Under the pieces are notes generated by a model, which made no database searches, was not told the origin of the DNA, and saw nothing but the letters and a program-made list of their open reading frames with translations. This document shows, piece after piece, positions 9,766 through 16,958 of a stretch of 40,000 nt of DNA. A program made the position numbers and the translations under genes. Positions within the stretch are counted from its first letter, which is position 1. Each line of letters begins with the position of its first letter. Origin of the DNA: Methanohalophilus halophilus (lineage in GTDB: Archaea > Halobacteriota > Methanosarcinia > Methanosarcinales > Methanosarcinaceae); the NCBI RefSeq assembly GCF_001889405.1, contig NZ_CP017921.1, forward strand, positions 222,057-262,056, read 5' to 3'.

Positions 9766-10365
9766 GTTTTCGACAGTAAATTTTGGAGTTTGACGTCTTT
9801 AAAAACCAGTTAAGCCTAGAAGTAAATAATCATATATCAGCAGGCGGGTTATAATAATAAAGGATAATAAAACACAAAAAGTAAACAACAAGTTTATAAG
9901 GTAAAATAGTTTAAAATGTTAAAGTTTGACGGATTTGTGACGGCACTGTAAAAATTTATTTGAAAAATATGGTAGTGGTGAACACGGGCTTAGAATCATA
10001 TTGTCTGGAGTGACAGACCCGTGCTCATGGTAGTGGTGTGCCAGTGGAATTTGAAATCATTTAACAAAGGAAACAAAATCTTCAGATTATAACAATATAA
10101 TGGAAGTTGAAAAAAGTCTTTTAAATCTGAGTCAGAAACTGTTCATGTATGTCAGATCCAAAAAGATAAAAACGCATTAACAGTAATAGTTTTGTTGGGT
10201 TTAATAAAGAAGAAATATTGAAACATATTTTCACAAAAACAACCATTGATGGAAATACATCGCCTCCATTTATTTAATTTTTGTATCTCTAGCAGTTAAA
10301 TTGAATCATCAGAGACAGTGAATTGGTGGATAATTTTTCCGTAATGGAAAATATGATTGAATAGC

Positions 10366-11967
10366 TCATTCATAATCAAAACTATAATAAATATATTCAC
10401 CATAGGGTTCGTCTCCATCTGAATTACCTTCTTCATCTTTTATTTCAATCGGTGTTAATTGCTTATCTTCATCATAAAACGAGATATCATTCTCCTTCAG
10501 AACACTGAAATAATCATCATTATCTAAAAGACCTGAATCATTTGGCGTAATCCATCCTTTCATTGTTGCTTCATAAGTCAACAACCACTTATTTTCGTAT
10601 AGTGATTCTGATGTTAGTTCATCAGCTAAAAAAGATGTATCTAAATCTGAATCAAGTAAATTTTTGTTTATCAGATCCAACACCAAAACCTGTGGAATAA
10701 CATCATTAGAACGAAGAATCGTATTCGCAAAATTTGCTGGGATTTTTATTTCAAATGTCTTAGCCATCCATAAAATCCATGAAAGTTCATAAGAATGCTT
10801 TTTGTAAAGATGTTGACCAAGTAATGTATGAATCAGATCTTTTATTTTGTTTTGGTTTTTAAATTCCTTATAATACAATAAAATTTCTATAATTGGTTTT
10901 ATTGTTTTTGCATCCAATAAAGTGCATTTAAATAATAGCGATTCAAACAAATCCCAATTTGATTCATAAATTTCATATTCTTTTATTCTTCTGATCGCAT
11001 ACTTAAGTACATGTTCACTTCTGTGTTCATCGAACAAATCAAAGGCCAAATTAAAATATTTCCAAATATCTTTTTCTTGCATGGATTCGTTTTTCCTTAA
11101 AGAAAAAGTACTTAGAGATAAAACCCATGGATCATCATAAGCCATTGGATAATGATTAATAATTGTTTTTTGTTCGTTTAAGACTAATTGATACTCATTT
11201 AAAATAGATTGTAAATAGACAATAAGGTTGTCAACATGATCTCTGTTTGACAAATAGAAGCAATAATCATCATAGTACCTATAACCCTTAAGATCAGGGA
11301 ATTCTTCTTTAAGTTTTTGATCTATTGCACAAAGTATAATTTCAGCAATAATGTGAGAATTATCAGGCCCGGTAGGAATTCCATTTGTTTGGCCTGACTG
11401 ACACGCTCTCATATATTTATCTAGTACATTGCCATAATATCTTTGGTAATCATTACGATTGTTTTTTGCTTCCTCTTTGGTATGCAATGCCCACGGAATT
11501 GAATGTGTGTAAATAGAAGGGTAAAACCAGGAAATATCTGTTTTTAGTTCAAACATTCTATCATAAGAACAAGTAATACATTTCTTCTTATATTGCTGAA
11601 ATGAGTTTAGAGTTTGTATCGAACGTTTATTTTTTGGATTTTCAAAACAATTTTCGACGGGCCTGCTTGTAGAAAGTTCTGATTTACTACAATGAGCTTT
11701 TATTTCTGCCCAATTATCAATTATGAATTTTGATAAATAAAATTGAGATATGGGGTTCACAATACTTAGTTTTCTTCTAATATGATTCTTTTTAGGAATC
11801 AAGTAATCCGTAAGTTGTGTATTTGGTATTTTAGGAACATCATTTCTAGATGTCGGATTCCATTGTGAATCAATTATTTGATGTTTGCTTGCAAAAGATT
11901 CTGTTGAAAATGCAGGAGGTAGTTCTTTTGGAAAATATCCATTTTCAAGTAAATTTTTAAGATTCAT
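10366..11967 (-). CDS. Reverse transcriptase of the defence-associated UG/Abi type (AbiK/Abi-P2-like architecture: RT domain + helical-repeat C-terminus)
   Basis: 533-aa ORF. It has RT motif A (KTDISWFYPSIYTHSIPWAL), a motif B-like segment (NGIPTGPDNSHIIAEIIL) and motif C YxDD (GYRYYDDYCFY). The N-terminal GYFPKELPPAF motif and the ~250-aa helical C-terminal region match non-LTR, non-group-II, non-retron 'Abi' RTs. No maturase/X domain or En domain is visible. Confidence 0.8.
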   Translation of the reverse strand: MNLKNLLENGYFPKELPPAFSTESFASKHQIIDSQWNPTSRNDVPKIPNTQLTDYLIPKKNHIRRKLSIVNPISQFYLSKFIIDNWAEIKAHCSKSELSTSRPVENCFENPKNKRSIQTLNSFQQYKKKCITCSYDRMFELKTDISWFYPSIYTHSIPWALHTKEEAKNNRNDYQRYYGNVLDKYMRACQSGQTNGIPTGPDNSHIIAEIILCAIDQKLKEEFPDLKGYRYYDDYCFYLSNRDHVDNLIVYLQSILNEYQLVLNEQKTIINHYPMAYDDPWVLSLSTFSLRKNESMQEKDIWKYFNLAFDLFDEHRSEHVLKYAIRRIKEYEIYESNWDLFESLLFKCTLLDAKTIKPIIEILLYYKEFKNQNKIKDLIHTLLGQHLYKKHSYELSWILWMAKTFEIKIPANFANTILRSNDVIPQVLVLDLINKNLLDSDLDTSFLADELTSESLYENKWLLTYEATMKGWITPNDSGLLDNDDYFSVLKENDISFYDEDKQLTPIEIKDEEGNSDGDEPYGEYIYYSFDYE

Positions 11968-12112
11968 TGTGAAGTTTATACTATCGTATCAACATTTAAA
12001 TTTTTGTATTCATTTCAAAAAATTTTGCCGAATTCTAGTGTACTTATAACTAAAAAGAATAGGGCAGTATATAGTTAATAATAAAAAAAGCAAACACTTA
12101 GAAATTGTTTAT

Positions 12113-12587
12113 ATGACTTTACATTATGAGATAATTGCCGAAGAAAACATGTTGAAAATATTCCAGCCTTTATGCAATAACAAGATTGACTGCCACTACT
12201 TCCAATGTACTGGATAAATGCAAAGGTATTAATTATAACAAAGAACGGGAAGGACAGACCAAGCCATTAAGCAATACGATTCTTGAGTATGTGAATCATC
12301 CATAACATAAGTTTGAGGATTATATTGGTGTTCTTGAAAGGAAGCATATTGATATTGATGGTTTCGTGTATATTGGCAAAGAGGCCAATGAGATTGATGA
12401 GCAAACTATGGACGTTTCAAGGCCACAGAAATTCTTGAATAAGGGATATGTTATGCAGAAGATACTTGATTAATCTCAAAAACAGGATGAGGAATGGGGA
12501 GTAGATAGAAAGACGTTTCAGAGAATCAAGAAGAGGATAATTGAGAATAGTGACATTAAATTGAATACTGTTGCTGTAAAAAACTAA
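12113..12587 (+). pseudogene. Casposon PolB C-terminal fragment (frameshifted, internally deleted)
   Basis: Translations across frames give TLHYEIIAEE, SLYAITRLTATTSNVLDK, KPLSNTILEYVNHP*HKF and RKHIDIDGFVYIGKEANEIDEQTMDVSRPQKF. These are collinear with residues ~655-888 of the intact PolB at 21018-23684 (KLHYGIISEE, SLYAISQLTVSTSNVLDR, KPLSNTILEYIDHPEHKF, RKHIDIDGFVYIGKEANDIDEQELDVVRPQKF). The fragment contains stops, frameshifts and a large internal deletion. Confidence 0.85.
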
Positions 12588-12656
12588 CTTCATCTTTACT
12601 TAGTTAAAGTTAGTAATAAGAAAACGTTTTCTAATGTTAGAGATAATAAAAAAACT

Positions 12657-13532
12657 ATGACGCGGCTCAAAGAAAACACTATTAACCAATTATCACGCTT
12701 GATTTGTGGTGAGGATTTTGATTTTTTACCGTATCGCAAATCATCTCAATTAACTGATTTTTTTCAAGAGCTTGGTTTTGACTATACTCATGATGGATCT
12801 ACCCGAAGATATTGGGTAAGAGACGTGTTAAGCGAAATAAACACCGAAACACCTTCAGATTCCGTATTTCCGTCTCCAGAAATAATTGCTGTAATTGAAC
12901 ACATATTAAATCCAGTGAATTTTCTTGATCTTCCTGATTCTGAAGAAAAACAAAATTTAGGCATTGAACGTGTAAATAAGCTGTTATCTTTACAAGACTT
13001 GTTTGTTGAAAAAGAAGAAAACGGTGCTGTTCAACTTCATTCTAGAAAAGGTGACTTTGTATCTACATCAGTAAATAGGGATGAGAAAAAAAGAGTGATG
13101 ACTTTTTCTCCTTCTGTTTTTGAATTGCCTAAAGGTTCCACAATGAAAAACTGCGTTTCCATAATGATGCCTTTTTCGAAAGAATTTGATAATGTATATT
13201 CCGCAATAAAAGCAGCCTGTGTTAGCGAAGGAATACCCTTTCACAGAGCTGATGATTTCTGGAAAAATAGTGTCATAATTCAAGATATTTTTGAACTAAT
13301 ATGCCGTTCATCAATTGTTATTGTTGATTTTTCAAATAGAAATGAAAATGTATTTTATGAAGCTGGTATTGCCCATACTTTAGGAAAACATGTTATACCA
13401 ATAACTCAAAGTATCGACAGTATACCTTTTGATTTGAGACATCATCGGCATATAGTATATCTAAACAATGGCGAGGGTTTGAGAGGGTTAGAAAAAAAGT
13501 TGATTGACCGGCTAGCTTCTCTAAAAGAATAA
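12657..13532 (+). CDS. Two-domain protein: helical N-terminal domain + C-terminal TIR-like / nucleoside 2-deoxyribosyltransferase-like Rossmannoid domain
   Basis: 291-aa ORF. The C-terminal ~130 aa show the pattern VSIMMPFSKEFDNVY..I......G.PFHRADD...........I..SSIVIVDFSNRNENVFYEAGIAHTLGKHVIPI....D.IPFDL. This pattern is typical of TIR-like/deoxyribosyltransferase-like domains, with the conserved Glu in YEAG. Confidence 0.55.
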   Translation: MTRLKENTINQLSRLICGEDFDFLPYRKSSQLTDFFQELGFDYTHDGSTRRYWVRDVLSEINTETPSDSVFPSPEIIAVIEHILNPVNFLDLPDSEEKQNLGIERVNKLLSLQDLFVEKEENGAVQLHSRKGDFVSTSVNRDEKKRVMTFSPSVFELPKGSTMKNCVSIMMPFSKEFDNVYSAIKAACVSEGIPFHRADDFWKNSVIIQDIFELICRSSIVIVDFSNRNENVFYEAGIAHTLGKHVIPITQSIDSIPFDLRHHRHIVYLNNGEGLRGLEKKLIDRLASLKE

Positions 13533-13590
13533 GTTTTGGAGAGGCGATGTTATGAAAAAAGACAATTTCGTCTATAAAGGGGAGTAATAG

Positions 13591-13929
13591 ATGAGTCATG
13601 AAGAACATTCTAAAATAACAAACGGTATCTATGTGTCTTTTGGAGAATTTGTAATTAATTCTGAATTAGTTGTAGAAAATATGAAACTATGTATTTATGA
13701 AATGTTTAGTAAAAGAGTGCTTAGTAATACCTTTGAAGGGCAGCAGTACTTAAATCTACTTTTAGCAGATTTTACATCCGCCCCTGTCAGGATGAAAATG
13801 AGAGTACTCATGGTTGAATCCTATATTAAGTTATCCAGAGACAAAATTCTCTGGTTGTTTTTTATTATTCTGTATGAGAAATCAAAACAAAAAAATATAC
13901 AAAATATTCTCAAATGCAACCTTTCATAA
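13591..13929 (+). CDS. Hypothetical small protein
   Basis: 112-aa ORF preceded by a purine-rich SD-like ggggag about 8 nt upstream of the ATG. No recognisable motifs. Confidence 0.35.
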   Translation: MSHEEHSKITNGIYVSFGEFVINSELVVENMKLCIYEMFSKRVLSNTFEGQQYLNLLLADFTSAPVRMKMRVLMVESYIKLSRDKILWLFFIILYEKSKQKNIQNILKCNLS

Positions 13930-13990
13930 TACTCAATAATCTTCAGGCAATATAATTGTGAATTTTCCTATTTCGTTTATTGCAATATAG

Positions 13991-14156
13991 ATATTCTGCC
14001 GTATTCCACTGGGCAATTCTATCTCTCCTGCTGAAGCTAAAGAAATCGGGATTAATAGTAGGAGTACATTGAATAAATTGAAAAAATAGGGCGAAAGAAG
14101 GGCATTTTAATTTGAATACGAAGGAGATGAGGAAGATATCCTTAAGTTTAATTTAA
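13991..14156 (+). pseudogene. Second casposon PolB extreme C-terminal fragment (HTH tail), frameshifted
   Basis: Translation gives IPLGNSISPAEAKEIGINSRSTLNKLKK*. After a 1-nt frameshift it continues NRAKEGHFNLNTKEMRKISLSLI*. This aligns with the intact PolB tail ILGLTPEDARRIGIKHRSALAYLKKKAKEGELNFKSRNMERIMDAFM. Confidence 0.7.
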
Positions 14157-14176
14157 TTATTCTCTAATCTATTTAC

Positions 14177-15025
14177 TCAAATATGCTTATAAAGACCCAT
14201 TTTAATCTTCCCACCTTCACCGAATTCAAGCTCTGAAAAACTAACTCCTTCAAGAAAGGTCATATCTGAATCTTCATAGCGGATTATATCTGAAATCGGG
14301 AGCTTTTTTAGTTCCTTCCACAAATGAACTTCAGCAGTAAAACCTTTTAACTGATACATTTCAGTTTCAGAAATCTCCATTTTATAGATTTGGTCTTTAT
14401 CAGCAAATGCAACTTTCTTTTGAATTCGAATTCCATCTTCTGGAATATCTTTGAATATTTCACTTTGTTTTACAATTACTTCTTGATAGAACAGTTCGTT
14501 CAAAGATAACTTTTCATTATTGGACATGAATTTTTCTTCATCACTTTCAAATTTAATATTATTACCATTATAATCAACTAATTCAAAAGTAAGTATTTTT
14601 ATAATTTCATATTGCTTATGTATTACTGGTAGACAATCACCTAAAAACCAAGAATGGATATCTTCTTTGCCGATTTGACTTAACACTCGTGTTTCAATTC
14701 CATAATGTTTTGCCGTTGTTTTTGCTGGTTCTGTAAAATCGTTAGATGAAACAGCTATTACTTTTTGAACGTTGAGATTTTGACACTTTGTTGCTAATTG
14801 CTCAATCCACATTGAATCCTGTTTAGTATTTCGATCTCTGCATTCTATGATTATTGTTAAAGGTATGGAGCCAATGTTTGCTTTAATTGAGATATCAACT
14901 TCTCTTTGCTGCCCAGTAATTTTGTCGATTAGAAAATCTGGAGAGGTAATTTCATATTCGTCTTTTGTTAATATTTTATGTAGCAGAGAAACCGTTTCTT
15001 CTAATTCTTTCCCTTTTCGTGCCAT
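14177..15025 (-). CDS. Restriction-endonuclease-fold (Mrr-cat-like) protein with unknown C-terminal domain
   Basis: 282-aa ORF. The N-terminus reads GKELEETVSLLHKIL ... QREVDISIKA ... TIIIECRDRNTKQ ... VIAVSSNDFTEPAKTTAKHYGIE, which fits the D...(D/E)xK nuclease core of Mrr-type enzymes. The C-terminal ~140 aa are unassigned. Confidence 0.55.
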   Translation of the reverse strand: MARKGKELEETVSLLHKILTKDEYEITSPDFLIDKITGQQREVDISIKANIGSIPLTIIIECRDRNTKQDSMWIEQLATKCQNLNVQKVIAVSSNDFTEPAKTTAKHYGIETRVLSQIGKEDIHSWFLGDCLPVIHKQYEIIKILTFELVDYNGNNIKFESDEEKFMSNNEKLSLNELFYQEVIVKQSEIFKDIPEDGIRIQKKVAFADKDQIYKMEISETEMYQLKGFTAEVHLWKELKKLPISDIIRYEDSDMTFLEGVSFSELEFGEGGKIKMGLYKHI

Positions 15026-15180
15026 TAAAAATTAAATTAATTGTCATGGTTAAAAAAGTATCTGATAATGATTTCTTTTTAATGATAAATGTGGTTATTT
15101 GAGTTTTTTATTTTTGGGTAAAGGTGTACATTTTTTCTTAGGAAATTAAAAAAATGGTTGTGCGTACAGAGTGCAAAACG

Positions 15181-15211
15181 CCGTACACTTTTTTCGCGTT
15201 GTATATATCCC
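15181..15211. repeat. Degenerate casposon terminal inverted repeat (right end of decayed distal element)
   Basis: ccgtacacttttttcgcgttgtatatatccc aligns without gaps to the intact right TIR gcgtacaaaaaattggagataactatatccc (19/31 identical). The cgtaca block and the terminal tatatccc sit at the same spacing. It directly abuts a TSD copy. Confidence 0.6.
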
Positions 15212-15225
15212 AGAAAAATAGTGCG
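15212..15225. repeat. Target-site duplication copy 1 (agaaaaatagtgcg)
   Basis: Exact 14-bp match to 19588-19601 and 28530-28543. It lies between a TIR-like right end and a TIR left end. Confidence 0.85.
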
Positions 15226-15387
15226 GGGATATAGTTATCTTAGATTTTTTGTACGGTATCTGTATTCTTTGTTCTTACTTAAAATAGAATGATTTATTTT
15301 AATAGTGGTTTTATATATTTGACAATATATTAATTCAAAATATGTTTTGGTTTAAGAGAAATTATTTTGTACAAGTATATTTAATGA

Positions 15388-15750
15388 TTGGGTATGAAGA
15401 AAGATGAACTTTTTATTAGAGAGTTTATTGTTGGATTAGGCTTTGTAAGTGGTTTATGGATTGCTGTTGGAATAAATCCAGAATCCCTAATAATTGAACA
15501 ACTAGTAAAAATTGGGAATACATTAACACCAAAACATAATTTTGGGTTTCTATTAATACTACCAAGCATAACTACTTTAATATCAATTATAAGTGCGTGG
15601 TTTTATGGTGGAGTTTTGGGTATGATTGCTATATTACTTGCTTTTATTAGTGGCATACTAATAATTCATTTTACCATGATAGCATCTGTTTTTTTGATGC
15701 TTTCTTTATTATTGGCTTCATTATCTGTAGATAATAATTATACTTATTGA
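15388..15750 (+). CDS. Small integral membrane protein (about 3 TM helices)
   Basis: 120-aa ORF with hydrophobic stretches: VGLGFVSGLWIAVGI, FGFLLILPSITTLISIISAWFYGGVLGMIAILLAFISGILIIHFTMIASVFLMLSLLLASL. Confidence 0.55.
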   Translation: MGMKKDELFIREFIVGLGFVSGLWIAVGINPESLIIEQLVKIGNTLTPKHNFGFLLILPSITTLISIISAWFYGGVLGMIAILLAFISGILIIHFTMIASVFLMLSLLLASLSVDNNYTY

Positions 15751-15764
15751 ATTGATTCATGGCC

Positions 15765-16070
15765 TTAATAAACATAATTAATAAGATAGTTATTGAGATT
15801 AGATATGGTTTTGTATTGTAATTCTATTAAGTCAGGTAATTTTTTAACAATTGGTAGTTCTTGGCTATAAATACTTGTGGGATATATGACATTTCTAAGC
15901 CTTGATTTGCTATTACTTTTTGTTCTTATCGGATAACGTGATAATATTGAATGAGTTAGTGGGATTTTTGCTAAAACATAAAGTGGTCCCAATACACTTA
16001 TGAATTTAAGGGCCTGCAATATTATTTTTTTTATATCAATCGAAAGTTGCAGTAATTGTGAGTCATTCAA
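15765..16070 (-). CDS. Hypothetical protein downstream of the HEPN gene
   Basis: 101-aa ORF located 6 nt downstream of the HEPN gene stop on the same strand. It has no recognisable motifs and is not an MNT nucleotidyltransferase (no GS...D.D motif). Confidence 0.4.
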   Translation of the reverse strand: MNDSQLLQLSIDIKKIILQALKFISVLGPLYVLAKIPLTHSILSRYPIRTKSNSKSRLRNVIYPTSIYSQELPIVKKLPDLIELQYKTISNLNNYLINYVY

Positions 16071-16076
16071 TTCAGA

Positions 16077-16664
16077 TTAAATATTAACAGATCCCAATTG
16101 TTCTTTATCTATATATTCACATTTCTCAAAATTACTAACTAATTGATTTATATTGTCTTTCCATTGTTTTAGATCTATCGAAGATTGATCTAAGGATTCA
16201 ATACTTTTTTTAATAGAAATTTCTAATTCAGAGACACTCTGAAAAATATCATTTATCTCGCGGGTTGATAAGAAATAAGGATTACGCTTAGATTTTTGCA
16301 TCTTGCCAATTTCCCGCAAGCCATTTTCACAGTGTACTATATTTTCTTCAGGTGATATTTCAATCAAAGAAAATATTTCATTAATTTCTGGAATATGATT
16401 AAGTAATTTAGCAGATCTTTGATATTTTTCTTTTTGGTCAATAAGCATTCTTTTATATATTTCCATAGGATCGTGTCTGATTTCTAGCATGGATTCTTCA
16501 TCGAATTTTCCAGAAGATAAAGCAAGTGCTTTGTTTGCCTTTTCCACACTTTGGGCAAAGAAAAAGATTGATTGTGGATAACATTTATTTTCATATAATA
16601 CAACTGAAGATTTTAAATCAGATTTTGCGAGTTTTACAAATTCTTTTACATATTTCATACTCAT
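16077..16664 (-). CDS. HEPN domain protein
   Basis: 195-aa all-helical ORF. The N-terminal signature AKSDLKSSVVLYENKCYPQSIFFFAQSVEKANKALAL is the classic HEPN helix 1-2 pattern (A..DL..A........y.....a.Q..EKa.KA). Confidence 0.65.
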   Translation of the reverse strand: MSMKYVKEFVKLAKSDLKSSVVLYENKCYPQSIFFFAQSVEKANKALALSSGKFDEESMLEIRHDPMEIYKRMLIDQKEKYQRSAKLLNHIPEINEIFSLIEISPEENIVHCENGLREIGKMQKSKRNPYFLSTREINDIFQSVSELEISIKKSIESLDQSSIDLKQWKDNINQLVSNFEKCEYIDKEQLGSVNI

Positions 16665-16705
16665 TCTCTCGTATATAATTATGCCATATTTATACCTTCA
16701 CTCAA

Positions 16706-16786
16706 AAAACACAACAAATTTATAATTCATCATATAAATCTTACTGCATAATAATTGTGTGATAAATTATAAATTTGTTGTGTTTT
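16706..16786. promoter_or_regulatory. Perfect 22-bp inverted repeat in the divergent intergenic region (operator or RNA hairpin candidate)
   Basis: aaaacacaacaaatttataatt (16706-16727) and its exact reverse complement aattataaatttgttgtgtttt (16765-16786), separated by 37 bp. It lies between the divergently oriented HEPN gene and the 754-aa gene. Confidence 0.6.
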
Positions 16787-16958
16787 ATTAAGTGTGGGGA
16801 ACAGATTTCTATAGAAATTACTACCTCTGGATAAACAACACAGATAGATATTATAATGATAGATTTAAATGAAAAATGCTTAATAAAGACCTACAAAATA
16901 TATAATATGAAGAAGAATGAAATTTTAATTATGGAATATCAGATACAATTTACTTGGA

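Noticed and set aside
10366-11967. Group II intron or retron interpretation of the reverse transcriptase
   Set aside because: The protein has no maturase/X or endonuclease domain. I could find no GUGYG...AY intron boundaries or domain V-like hairpin in the flanks, and no obvious msr/msd inverted-repeat pair. The N-terminal GYFPxELPP motif and the helical C-terminus fit Abi/UG-type RTs better.
13981-14000. caatatagatattct weakly resembling the TIR start gggatatagttatct
   Set aside because: It needs an indel, lacks the terminal ggg and the adjacent TSD, and overlaps the start of PolB fragment 2. The evidence for a boundary is insufficient.
14079-14097. gaaaaaatagggcg resembling the 14-bp target sequence agaaaaatagtgcg, as a possible extra TSD
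   Set aside because: It lies inside the PolB tail remnant, where it encodes the conserved KLKK(N)RAKEG segment with a 1-nt A-run frameshift. No TIR-like sequence flanks it, so the similarity is judged coincidental.
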